Part shown: positions 1-11,312 of the stretch, piece after piece | Layout: every line of letters starts with the position of its first letter | Position numbering within the stretch: position 1 is the stretch's first letter | DNA from: Tubulanus polymorphus | Taxonomy: Eukaryota; Animalia; Nemertea | NCBI RefSeq assembly: GCF_964204645.1 | Contig: NC_134028.1 | Coordinates: 23,618,345 to 23,682,344, forward strand | Length of the DNA: 64,000 bases | Direction: 5' to 3' | The notes under the pieces: model-generated | The model's database searches: none | Told to the model about the DNA's origin: nothing | What the model saw: only the letters and a program-made list of their open reading frames with translations | Made by a program: the position numbers and the translations under genes

Positions 1-202
1 TCCGTTCTGCTTTCCCTTTGCTCCGAGACGGTTTTTAATGCTACCAGTCGAGGTAATCTTTGCCGCTAACTTCTTGGCATTAAATTTTGATTTAATATTG
101 CGGACACCCGCACCTTGCTGCTGCTGCTTTTGCCTGGAGACTGTGACTGGCGAATATTTAAATGCAGATTTTTGCCCATTCTTTTTATTTACAGGGAGCG
201 GT
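1..202 (-). CDS. POLDIP3: POLDIP3/SKAR-like protein, coding exon 2 (partial, runs off window)
   Basis: Acceptor TTTCTTTGTTAG| at 204-203; phase matches exon 1; open Lys/Gln-rich frame PLPVNKKNGQKSAF...SIKNRLGAKGKQNG to the window edge. Confidence 0.6.
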
Positions 203-456
203 CTAACAAAGAAAAAATGAGAAATGTATAATTATGACAAAAGATATAGGCCTATTGCAGCAGCCATGAATGAAAGAGAAAGAAAGTACTACTGTACTGT
301 GTGTTTTACTGTTGTGTTAGTGTTGTGTACAGTATATATTTCAGCATTTAAAAATGTCACTATTTCGGTGTTAAAAGCTGCAATTTGTTAATGTAAAACA
401 TTTTGCATAATTTTATCAAACAGAGGAGACGGTTAAAGATATCAGAGCCAGCTTAC

Positions 457-518
457 CTATTCTTAAAACCGCTGAATTTCTTTCTTTTTATATAGTCATC
501 CAACGAAAGGTCGGCCAT
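457..518 (-). CDS. POLDIP3: POLDIP3/SKAR-like protein, coding exon 1 (MADLSLDDYIKRKKFSGFKNR)
   Basis: ATG at 518-516 in AAAATGGCC context; donor AG|GTAAGC at 457/456, phase 2. N-terminal SLDDYIK is a UAP56-binding-type motif, closest to the POLDIP3 start (MADISLDELIRKR, recalled). ALYREF/UIF relatives are not excluded. Confidence 0.6.
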
Positions 519-1039
519 TTTTCTTGTAGGCTACGCGTTCCACACGTCGATGGCGATGCTGGCGCTGCTGCAGCTCTGCTGCTGCACCGGCGGCTGACGG
601 CGAAATGTAAACAATAGCGGTAAATATCACAAAATATATGGACCTCCCGTTCTTTATTAACAAAAATAGGGTCTAACGTATGAAGTTATAAAGCAAATTG
701 CATAATTTGGTAAATTCGGCTACGTTTTAGGCGAGTCCGGCCCGCAACCGGTGTTAAAATTCTGATGATTGACCGTCAAGTGCTGCCCCTATAATCATTT
801 CCGATGAGGAAAGTGAAAGCAACATTTTTTCAAAAATGAAATTTGTTTAGACATTTTTATTTATTATGACTTTTCTACTGTATCCAAGAATCGGAAAGAT
901 ATTTTCTGTTTTTAAACATAGATTTTAAACAATGGGCCGAACATTTCCGAGCGGATCCGAACTCGGCAGTTTCGCCATTTTGTTTTACGTACGTCGCTGA
1001 TTTGCAAACTCATTAGAGAACAAAACAGCGGATTTCAAG
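519..1039. promoter_or_regulatory. Bidirectional promoter/5' UTR region between POLDIP3-like and SF1
   Basis: 521 bp between two divergent start codons; CpG-rich patches; YY1-like CGCCATTTT at about 973. Confidence 0.6.
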
Positions 1040-1076
1040 ATGTTTAAACGACCTGCAGAAGATGACAATCAACAGG
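1040..1076 (+). CDS. SF1: SF1 exon 1 ([12 protein letters not shown])
   Basis: ATG in CAAGATG context; donor G|GTAAT, phase 1 joins exon 2 in frame. Poorly conserved segment. Confidence 0.65.
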
Positions 1077-4000
1077 GTAATCATCAGTTTATTCTCTTAT
1101 TTATATTAAAGCAGCCCTTGTTTCTAAATTCTGTGCTGTTAAAAAGACAAAAAAATGACTGAAAATGGGGCTTCCTTCCTGGTTGCACTAATTATCGACA
1201 TAAACAGTTCTTCACATGCCCTAACTTCATTCATCATATCGATGATTATCTTGTTGGAAAGAAATGACTCGGCAGTATTTATAACGTGAAATAGCTGGCT
1301 TTAATTTAAAAAAACCCTGGAAAACTGTTTATTTAATATTGGAAATGGAGTTATTTTCTTCCGTTCCATATTTCGATAAAGTGTTAAAACGCAATTTGTT
1401 ACTGAAAACCCTTTTAACAGGTCGTGCTGTCTTCAAATCTTTTTTCTGAGCTCTTCTCACTGAAAAAAAACAGCCATTGTAAATCTTCTTTTCTTCCCTC
1501 GCTCTTTTCACTTATCCCTACTCCTCTGCACGCTCTAGAAACAATTAGATATAGAAAGGTCAACGTAACTCAATTCGCCTTTCCATTTCAGTTTACACGG
1601 CATCGACCAACTGGCCTTTAGATGGCGGTAAGAATCGACAGAAAAAGCGTCGAAGTCGTTGGCAAACGGACGAAGTGGATAAAACGTTCATACCGGGAAT
1701 GCCTACAGTTTTACCAACGAACCTATCGAAAGAACAAGAACGACAATATCTATGTAAGTATCCGCATAATAAAGTATTCTATGATAGGTTACGAAAACTC
1801 TGCGGGGCGATTTATTACTGATAATAATAATAATCGATAATTTAGGTGTTTCTTTAAATGATTAATTAATAAAAAACCTCCTTTTTCAACATTAATTACA
1901 GACGTTCTAGTTCAGTTTCAGGCAAACAAACTTCGACTCAAATAATCAAATCTTTTTTCTCCCGATTAATCAGAAAAGATTTCTTGTAGATCGTTCTTTA
2001 TCATTAAGTTTTTTTTTTTGTTTGAATAATCAAAAATTCTTTTTCGGGTGGGTTTTCGTTTAGTAAAAGCCATTAGGCGGGGGGGTCTAGCCAGATGACC
2101 GAGGGTAAGTACCGTCGTCCATCAAATAAGAACGTTCATAAGAACGAAACATTCAGCAGAAAAAATATGAATGTCTTTTCATTCGATAACAAAAATTTGA
2201 ACTTTGATTTAACCATTTATTCATACATACAGTAAACCTCGTCTGACTCGGATATAAGCTTAATGAAGTCCGAGTTAGAGGTTGAAAATATGTTCGAAAA
2301 TCAGAAAATGATTTTGTTTTGGTCCGATTAGTCAAATATTTAACTTGGCCTTGTCCGAGTAAGGCTAGGCTTAATGTATTTTCTTTTCTTTCTTTAAAAT
2401 TTTGCCCTATTTTCTAAGTAAATGTGTGTTAAATGAACTTAATTGAAATTTTTCTCCCATTTTAACCCGTTACATTGCAGTGCACCTTCAGATTGAAGAA
2501 ATCAGTCGTAGATTGCGGACGGGAGATCTTGGAATTCCTGCGAATCCCGAAGAAAGGTTTGAACGCTACTGGTTACAGTAAAACCAACTTTATTTTTCTT
2601 TGAAGCTCCTACCGGCAAAAACTTGTGTGCGCGTGTATCAGCAAAACAAAAGCAAACGCAAATTCACTCCGGTAACATTAATGAATTACAACGTGGCTGC
2701 AGTCATCTGTGTGGTGAAGAAAATTAGAGGAGTTTTTGGTCTGCAGCTAGACACAGATGGCTGCAGTACCTTGTGATAAGGAAATGTTCCTTTTACTGTT
2801 AGCACATACTACAGAATAGAGTAAAATCCTTAGTCGCGACATTATTTGATTTGTAAGGTAAGTGTTAAGTACGTTCGGTTTAGATTTCTGGAGAAAAAAA
2901 ACTATCAAAAGTTTCGATTCAAACCTCGTTCTCGAAACTTCAAATGTATCGGCGCCAATTTTCAAATCAAAATAACCAAGTACGGTATTGAGAAATATCT
3001 ATGCTGGTAAGTATAGAAAATTCATGAAAATTTGGTTCAAAATTAGATTTATAAATAGATTAAGGACTAGTTCCGTTAACGCTCTGTTAGAATTAGGTTT
3101 GAGATATGAGCTCTTAAAGCTTGCACACTTCGAAAACACTTCACCAAATGGTTCGATGTCTGTGTCTTTTATTACATGGAGGTAAGTTTTAATGACGAAA
3201 CTCATTTGTTATTTCATTAATCGAGCAAATTTTTCTTCCATCCTGATTTTGAGACATGACCATCGATTGAAACACTGTGTAATATATATAATACATATCT
3301 ATCTTTTCACTTTGGCGGTTACGTCTTTTTCGTTTCGATTCAAGTCGCAAATTTCATGCCAAAACAATCCTAATTATTCTTCTAATATTTCGACGTAGTT
3401 TTTTTTTTTTAAATCCACATCTTCTGTATTTAGGAATGCGGAAATTCGGCTTTTCAAACGGAATTTCAATATTTTAACACCACGGTGTAGGGGCTATGTC
3501 GATGTGTATACGTTTTTTTCGCATTTCATCATTATATATATAGGCATCCGAATCATTCTCATCTCATTCTCATTGTTATCTTGCGCCTGTTTTGTTTAGA
3601 CCTATATCTTCTGAAATCTGAAATCCCCGTCCAAGTATTCAACACCCATTAAACGTTATACAGTAATGATATTTATCAATACTAGTTTCAATTTCATAGA
3701 ATTTGATAGATTTGTCCGATCTATTATGGCTAGTGTCAATTGTTGTTGCTTTACCAATTTTGAAATGAAAGCAAAGAACAGAGGCCAGAGAATATTAACC
3801 CTTCGGCCGCTGAACTGTTGTTTTGTATTTTGATTAACTAAAGGGCCACCGCCACCTCCATAAATCAATGCTATTTATTACACAAATTGTCTACTATTTT
3901 TAATGACTGTGTTGTTGATGCATGCATGCTTTAATGGATGAGGGGAATGTGCTCGTGTCATCACTGACAACCATACTCCTGGCATCATATTAATCTGCAA

Positions 4001-4431
4001 CATGTCGTCCTATAATAACCCATCGCCGCGACGCGATATTAAACATAAACACCTCCGGTTCGTGTTGTGCATTGTGATCCCCGATTTAAAGAAGCTGTAA
4101 CGTTTCTGCGGCGAATGGTTTTGCGAAAACGGAAATTTCTTCGGAGAATGTTATTTTCGTATATTTCGAAGGTTTTTGTAGTGTGATGATGATAATAATC
4201 AATTGCTTTTATTAACATCCCTGTATAGTTTTCATTGAAGGGTCATTTCAACTAATATTAAACTCGACTATCAATTTATTGTATTTTCAATCCACCCCTG
4301 ATTACCGGTATTCATGTTAATCGATTATTTTTTGTCACGCAGGATTTTAATCTATTCATCTCTATAATTAATCAATTTCTATTCGTTGAATAATGTTATT
4401 ATTATTTTCACACCGCGTAGAAGGCGACTGT

Positions 4432-4510
<79 letters not shown>

Positions 4511-7500
4511 CTACTAATGTTGTATTAAGATAATGACCGTTTCTTTTTTATCATAATCCCTGATTCGAATGGTAATCATAGCTTCCTATGTTTGCTGCAT
4601 ATAATTGTCATTTTTACGATCGTTATGATTGTGCGATTAATCACGATTTTCTTGTTCCTCGTTTTGATGTGTATATATACATTTTTCATCGGATCCTAGA
4701 TGGATTTTTTAATCTCTCGTATGTTTTTTACAACAGAGGGCGCCACGAGCATCGCAGCAAAATGCCTACAGCTCTGAATGCGGGTGTTCGCTGAAAACCC
4801 GATATCGCTGCCTTGCAGCTATATTGTATAATTGCTACTATATAACCACTGTTCGATTTCAGTTTAAGAAAATCTCCCGCATCCCTTTTAGACAAATGGT
4901 AGACACATGAGTATCTGTCGCTTGCTATTAATGTCTACTTTGAAAGCTGAACAATTTAAGCATTTTTGTAGCTTCACAAGTTTTTAATTTCTAGAACAAT
5001 TTTGAAAACTGAATTTTATTTTTCATCTTCTAGAAAACATAAGAGCTTCGCGCATCATAGCAGTTCACCTTTTTAAAATGAACTAGATTTTCCCCTGTGT
5101 GTTATTCTGGGTCTACAATTATCGCTGGCTGCCAGCCCTCTAGATAGATATCAATTTACTGAAGCTGTATAATACGTCTATAACAGATAGTTAGATTAAA
5201 TGATTTGCTGGTTATAAATTAAGAAAATATGAAACCTTTCAATTTCATGTCGTAAAATAGGCACTTGTACGTCGTAACATCGTTTTGATTATTGTCATTA
5301 AGAATCAGTTGAACTCGTATTGTTCTTAGTTCGATGATACAAAGTTCCGAAGTAAACGAAATAACAGGTATTTAAAATGTTGATATCCATGAACTATTGT
5401 CGTAAAATTGAGATCCGTGACGCATTTTGGATGATAATTAATAATAGACTAAATGAATAGTGTAGAATAATACTTTCTTCAGTACGGTATGTTCGAATTA
5501 AATGCACGAAAACATTTTAGGGTCAGTATTTAAAAAAAAAACAGTTTCTTAATCGGTGTCTCTGTATGCTGGAATTTTAGAGGGGCTGCATTCATCACAT
5601 GTAAAGTAAATGACATCGTGGCTGCTGGAGAAGCAAAGCTACAACACCCCCTCCCCTAAAAAGAAAAGCTAAATCTTAGTGTAATCTTCTATTTTTCACA
5701 TAAGCTCAATATATTTCAAAGGAATGATATGATCATCATTGATGGAATATTGACATACCCTTTGGTAGCATATATTTTATAGCGGGTGGCTGATTTTCAG
5801 AGGGGTGAATGCAAAAATGAAAATGGCCTCTCTAAACCCTCTTGCAGAGAACACTGCTAAATTATAAGATTGAGAATTATCTGAATTTGCGTTCAGCTGT
5901 AAAAATTGCACCAGCGGAAAATGGGATATTGCGTTCGTGATAGGGATTTTTGGTTTGCTAGTTGATTTTGAAACCCGGTGGTCGGCAGACGATCGCCGGG
6001 ATTTCGCGAAGTTGCCTCAGGTAGTTTTCGTTTCGTTTTCTCAAGGTCGCCGTCCCCGGAGCCGATTTATAACAACGAAGGAAAACGTTTGAACACGCGC
6101 GAATATCGAACGCGGAAGAAACTCGAAGAGGAACGACACAGTTATATCCAGGAGGCGCTCAGTCTAAATACGGACTATAAACCACCGGCTGACTATAAGT
6201 AAGTGTTTGATTTAGTTGAAATTCTAGATTTGCATTAAACGAGAAATCTTATATATCCCCTGTCCATCATAATGAGAATCGCCGTAGCTGGATAAAGAAG
6301 CTGATACAAGATAGCTATCAGGCAGGGGTGAATCCAGATGGCAAACTTGATTGCCTTCTTAGATTTAATAGGGCATATTATTGTAATCATAAGAGAAATT
6401 GTCTGCACTCGAATCAGCGAGCCGCGCAGCGGCGACGCCCGAATTCCCTCGGAAAACCACCACTTTGTTTTTGAAAGCATGCCAGAGGCGGGGGAGGTCT
6501 GAAAAAAATTATATACTTTTAACTTTTGAAGGGTACTTAAAAATTTTGACTGCCTTCTGGAAGGCAGGGAAGGCAACCTGGATCCGCCCCTGTCAGGGAT
6601 CTAATGTGAGGGATGCTGGAAATAGGGAATTTTTATTCTTTACTCTAAAATCACGGAAAAGTCAGGAAATTTGATTATTTGGTGTCTGGTTGTTTCCATA
6701 ATGAGGATATCTTATAAATCCAATCAGGGAAATATAGGGGAATTTTAGGGAAGTTTCTCGAGAGCTGTATGCTTACTATATTCTATTAAGTGATTTTACT
6801 GATTAATGTATCTCTGTATTTCTGCAGGCCGCCGATTATTCGTGTGAATGATAAGGTTATGATTCCACAGGAAGAACACCCCGATATCAACTTTGTCGGA
6901 TTATTGATCGGACCGCGTGGAAATACATTGAAAAAACTCGAAAAAGAGGTAATAAGCCTTTACAACATGAATGTTTCAGATCTGAAATTCATTAACGCTT
7001 CGTGGTAAACTGTTTTAAATAACAAATGATCGCGTTCGATTCTTTGCAGACCGGTGCGAAGATAATCATTCGCGGTAAAGGTTCGGTGAAGGAGGGTAAA
7101 ATCGGACGTAAAGACGGCCAGCCTCTACCCGGCGAGGATGAACCGTTACACGCCTACGTTACGGCGAATAATCCGGAAAATGTGAAGAAAGCCGTTGATA
7201 AGGTAAAACTAGACCCAATTTCACAGATCTACATTGAGTAAATCTTATTACAGTATACTGTGCTTGCTACATTTGCCTCACACATTTATCACTTTTTTTC
7301 TATAAAAACTATTGGGCATTTTATCATTCGATGGCGACCTATCAGAATTCGAAAGCAGCCTCTCGAGCTGGTTGCAAAATATGCTGTCCAGGAGTAGTTG
7401 TAGTTTAGTATAGCAGTTTATTAGTCACAATCAATAAGTACAAAATAAATAATAACAAAATAGATTAGAGATCATGAGGTGATGACAGGAGCCTGAGCAG

Positions 7501-10174
7501 AGCCATAAAGGCTGTATATCCAAAAGGATGTTAAGACACCTTGACATAAACGTGAACAAATTAAAGAAAGATGATTATTTCAAATATGTGTTTTGTGTTG
7601 TTTGTAGATTAAGGATATAATCAGACAGGGAATAGAGGTGCCCGAAGGACAAAACGATCTACGTCGTGAACAGCTCCGGGAACTGGCACTCTTAAACGGA
7701 ACTCTACGCGAAAATGACGGTTTATCGTGAGTTATTTTTTGACTCGTCCCTCGGACAACGAACTCGAATATTCGAATTTATCGTTTAATGATTCGATTAT
7801 TTTAGGAAATTGAAACAAATTCAACAAGCTCAGACAATTATAACGAACACTATTATTTGTACGGTTTGCGGTGGAACCGGACATTTAGCTCAGGATTGTA
7901 AACAGAAGAGGTAAATAGATGAACCGCTTTGATTAGTTTATAGGTCATAGGTCATTGATTTCGTTACACCATTATTATTTCCATCATTACTAATACTATT
8001 ATTTCAGACCTGGTGATTCGTTCAGACAGGGTTTACAGCAGCCTCAGCAGCCTGCTGTTGATAAGGCTAAAATGGATAGTGAGGTAATGTTCTGAAAAAA
8101 GAACTCATTTCGTAGAATCAGTAATTGTTATCGTGATGTTTTCGTTAATCGAGGGTTTATCCGATCAATGCCGTCAATTATGAACGTATTCCTCAGTCTC
8201 CCGGGAGAATTGTCCCAGCCATTATTTCGTCCATTTCTGCATAATTGATTTTGCGTTTTTTCAGTACATGTCCCTGATGGCCGAACTCGGCGAAGGTCCG
8301 CCTCCGAGCAGCAAACCGGAATCGAGGTTTGGTAGCCGCAATAATCACGGTCCTGGTCCTAGTCCATTTTCAGGGCCTCCGCCACCACTGGTGAGAAAAT
8401 GAGACTAATTTCCGACCTCCAGTAACTTGGAGATTTACATTTTGAGAAGTTACTCAGTACTAGCACTGGAGTATAATGTTATTAGTTGTTAGTTTGTTAT
8501 TTCTTTACTAAAGAGTACAATACAAATATACTATCATATTTTCAAATTCTACTTGAAGACGTATTTCATTTTGAAATTTTATTTTTCTGAAACTGTTGAT
8601 ACCTACAATATGAACTGTATAAGTGTGTTTGTTTTTGACAGATGAGTCAGCCGATACCGCCACCATGGCATCAGCACGGACACGGACACGGTCAGCACCA
8701 CAGCGCTCCTCCACCTCCCCCTCAACAACAAAACAAAATACCCGGCTTAATGAACCTCAACACGCAGCCGCCGAGCAGTATGGGTAACATGTCGATGTCG
8801 GTACCGCCGCCCGGTATGGGTTCATCGGGCGGTCCACCGCCGCCGTGGTCTCAATCTATGAGCAGTGCTACACCACCACCTCCTGCCACGCAGACTACTT
8901 ACGCGAACGCTAATATGGGTAAGTGTTTATAAGGGGTGCACAATAGTTGTGAAGGTGTTGTCCACCGTTAAACTGGAATCAACTCGGGGTGGCACCACTT
9001 GTCTGTAAATCAAGGAAAAGTTGGGGAATTTCCTTTTCTTTTCTGATATAAGTCAGGGAATAGTCATAAAAAAGCAAAAAATCAGGGAAAAGTCTGGGAA
9101 ATTTGTTGAAATCGCTATACCACGCGGTTAATTAAGACATCAAACAATCACTTTACATAGTCAAATACGTAGAACGTCTATGTTTTACGTATTTTAATGT
9201 GTTAATGGATTGGATTCTTAGCAGATCAAGTTAGGGAAAACAACGTTAATAGTCAGGGGAAACGCAAGTCATAGAAGTGGCTACTCACTAAAGCAACTGA
9301 CCCCTGATATTGATGTAAATTATTTGTTTGTCATTTGAATTTTAGATTGATTTGTCGTTTGATTATTTTCTAGGAGTTCCCCCTCCCCCGCTGATGAATC
9401 CACCACCCCCACCCCCACCGAATTCTCAAATGTCGCAACCTCCGCATCTGTGGCAACAGCAACAACAACAACAACCGGGCGGTCCGGTAACGAGCATGAA
9501 TAATATGCCGCCGTGGCAACAACAACAATCATCGTACAATCAACCTCCGCCGCCTCCGTCTGGCTCAATGCCGCCGTGGCAACAAGGACCAGGTTCGTAA
9601 AGCTCGGTTTATATTCAAGTGTCAGCAGTCGGTTGAAGGCAGGCTAATATTTGAGAACAGCTTTTACTTTACACTCGATGAGTTAACAATTTATCCTCAA
9701 CTGTGGGTTTTGCTCATTAAAACTCTGAAATACTAAGATTGATCAGTGTTCCAGTTAGCTCACTTTTTAAGACATCAACTACTACAAAAATACTCTCAAA
9801 ATACAATTGGGTCAACCCCCGATATACCGCCCACATCAGCGCGGAATGATTTTGGTTGTATAGAGAGTATGGCGGTATATCGGGGGTGTTTTTCTATGTA
9901 TTTGTATAGAGATGAACATTTAGAAAACCTGGTGGTAGGTGTAGTCCGGTTGGAAGCGATCGCGGTAGAATTAAAACTTGTATTCGTTTACTCGTTTTCA
10001 GGTGCGGTACCGACACCGGTGGCGCCACCACCCCCACCACCGGGAAGTGTGTTCAACCCTACAGCTCCTCCTCCACCTCCGCCTGGGAGCTTCGAACAAC
10101 AACGTCATCTTGGAGGAACGGCAGGCATACCGCCATTACTCGGCGCTCCCCCACCTCCCCCGCCTCCAAATTGA
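1040..10174 (+). CDS. SF1: Splicing factor 1 / branch-point binding protein (whole spliced CDS, 598 aa)
   Basis: join(1040-1076,1592-1753,2481-2556,6046-6198,6828-6948,7050-7202,7608-7726,7806-7910,8008-8083,8265-8390,8642-8918,9374-9592,10002-10174)=1797 nt, all GT-AG and phase-consistent. ULM KKRRSRW, RSPSPEP, KH-QUA2 ([11 protein letters not shown]), CCHC knuckle, Pro-rich tail. Confidence 0.95.
1592..1753 (+). CDS. SF1: SF1 exon 2 (ULM motif [16 protein letters not shown])
   Basis: TTTCAG| acceptor, T|GTAAGT donor; an in-frame alternative acceptor is possible at 1621/1622. Confidence 0.9.
2230..2376. mobile_element. pogo/Tc1-mariner-like MITE
   Basis: TA|CAGTAAACCTCG...TIR-like end|TA; related inverted copy at about 24004-24157. 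Confidence 0.6.
2481..2556 (+). CDS. SF1: SF1 exon 3 ([24 protein letters not shown])
   Basis: TTGCAG| acceptor, weak AG|GTTTGA donor, 76 nt. Confidence 0.93.
4435..4505. repeat. (TA)n microsatellite
   Basis: Direct observation. Confidence 0.97.
6046..6198 (+). CDS. SF1: SF1 exon 4 ([19 protein letters not shown]...PPADYK)
   Basis: TCAAG| acceptor, AA|GTAAGT donor; diagnostic SF1 sequence. Confidence 0.96.
6323..6592. mobile_element. Non-autonomous DNA transposon, CAGGGG...CCCCTG termini, 5-bp TSD TCAGG
   Basis: TIR CAGGGGTGAATCCAG / CTGGATCCGCCCCTG; TCAGG at 6318-6322 and 6593-6597; related ends at 35685-35934. Confidence 0.7.
6828..6948 (+). CDS. SF1: SF1 exon 5 (KH domain start)
   Basis: [32 protein letters not shown]; GT-AG. 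Confidence 0.96.
7050..7202 (+). CDS. SF1: SF1 exon 6 (KH domain)
   Basis: [17 protein letters not shown]...[11 protein letters not shown]; GT-AG. Confidence 0.96.
7608..7726 (+). CDS. SF1: SF1 exon 7 (QUA2)
   Basis: [24 protein letters not shown]; GT-AG. Confidence 0.95.
7806..7910 (+). CDS. SF1: SF1 exon 8 (CCHC zinc knuckle)
   Basis: [14 protein letters not shown]; GT-AG. Confidence 0.95.
8008..8083 (+). CDS. SF1: SF1 exon 9
   Basis: PGDSF...DKAKMDSE; GT-AG. Confidence 0.92.
8265..8390 (+). CDS. SF1: SF1 exon 10
   Basis: [14 protein letters not shown]; GT-AG. Confidence 0.93.
8642..8918 (+). CDS. SF1: SF1 exon 11 (Pro-rich)
   Basis: GACAG| acceptor, G|GTAAGT donor; Pro/Gln-rich frame. 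Confidence 0.88.
8985..9289. mobile_element. hAT-like MITE, CAGGGTGGCCACTT family (degenerate copy)
   Basis: Shares TCAGGGAA subrepeats and the TTGTTGAGATTGCTAG...GGATTCTTAGCAGATCA core with other copies. Confidence 0.65.
9374..9592 (+). CDS. SF1: SF1 exon 12 (Pro/Gln-rich, PPWQQ repeats)
   Basis: TTCTAG| acceptor, CAG|GTTCGT donor. Confidence 0.85.
9803..9960. mobile_element. pogo-like MITE fragment
   Basis: CCCGATATACCGCC...GGCGGTATATCGGG internal palindrome; second copy at about 55600-55750 starting TA|CAGT. Confidence 0.65.
10002..10174 (+). CDS. SF1: SF1 last coding exon (...PPPPPPPN*)
   Basis: TTTTCAG| acceptor; TGA at 10172-10174. Confidence 0.87.
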
Positions 10175-10658
10175 AAATCAATTTCATTGTCGTAATTTAT
10201 GGTTTTATTGAAAGTAACTGTATAATACTCTGTTCTATCTTTGTATTTATATTCCTGTTTTATACGTGGGTTCGAATGTATTTTCTATTGACTGATTACG
10301 TGTTTTAAATCATACACTGCCGATAGCAACGGCTTCATTTCACTAAAGAATAAGACAAACTAAAGGTTTACCTCATTCACAATTAAGGGTTTAATTCTCA
10401 ATGTACACCAAACTGTTCACGTATATACAGTGGAACTTTATTATAACGACCTTGGATATAATGATTTATTGGCTTTCCAAACCGAGAATTTTATCCCAAA
10501 TACGACAATTTCATTGTTAAACTGAAGATAACGAACTATTGATACAATTGGCATATATTTTGGACCTGGTCGGTTCCACAGTTGTGAGAGATCATTTTCC
10601 ACAAGTGAGTTCTCGAGTTCTTAAATCAGAACTGTGCATTCGGACCGCTGGTCTCCAG

Positions 10659-10817
10659 GGCTGAGTTTCATAGATGTGGAAGCAAAATAATCCCTAGGAA
10701 CTTTTTGAAATTTGTCAGTTATAACCATGGCTTCACGTTGTTGCTATGGTTGTTGTCACCCAGATTGAGGATTTACCCCTAGGGGTAACTTTGGTACTCA
10801 TTTTATGAAACCGTGCC
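10659..10817. mobile_element. Harbinger-like MITE with CAG TSD in the SF1 3' UTR
   Basis: CAG|GGCTGAGTTTCATA...TATGAAACCGTGCC|CAG. Confidence 0.65.
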
Positions 10818-11312
10818 CAGAAGTTCACTGAAGTATCAGTATCATTGTATTGTCAGAAATTAAGGACGAGTGTTCAGTAAAACGGCTGGTCGTGTGTCGT
10901 CACATTTGCAAATAGGTGGAATTGATAATTCTATTTGTCTTTCCTGTTATTTTGTGTTATTATACCAGCGACAGTTTGGTGATAATTATATGTATCTGTC
11001 AATGTAAATATTGTTCTGTAAATACTGATTGTAATAAATGCGAGAGGATAAGGAGGAATTGTCACTCTTATAAACTACTACATGTATATTAATATCAGAA
11101 AATGATGATTGTTTATTGTAAAAACTACTAACATTGTATGATGTAAATATCGAATCATAATAATAATCTCTCACCTTACGGTGCATTATTGCCTGCCATA
11201 AATGATTACCTCAAGTGATTTAGAATTTAGAGACCAATCCTGGTGGAATTGTGTCAATTATATTATATTCTAATATCTTGTGTTGTGTGATTATGGTTAT
11301 TTGGGTATTTGA

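Noticed and set aside
9746-10001. N-terminal part of the 142-aa ORF
   Set aside because: Intron containing a MITE fragment; only 10002-10174 is exon.
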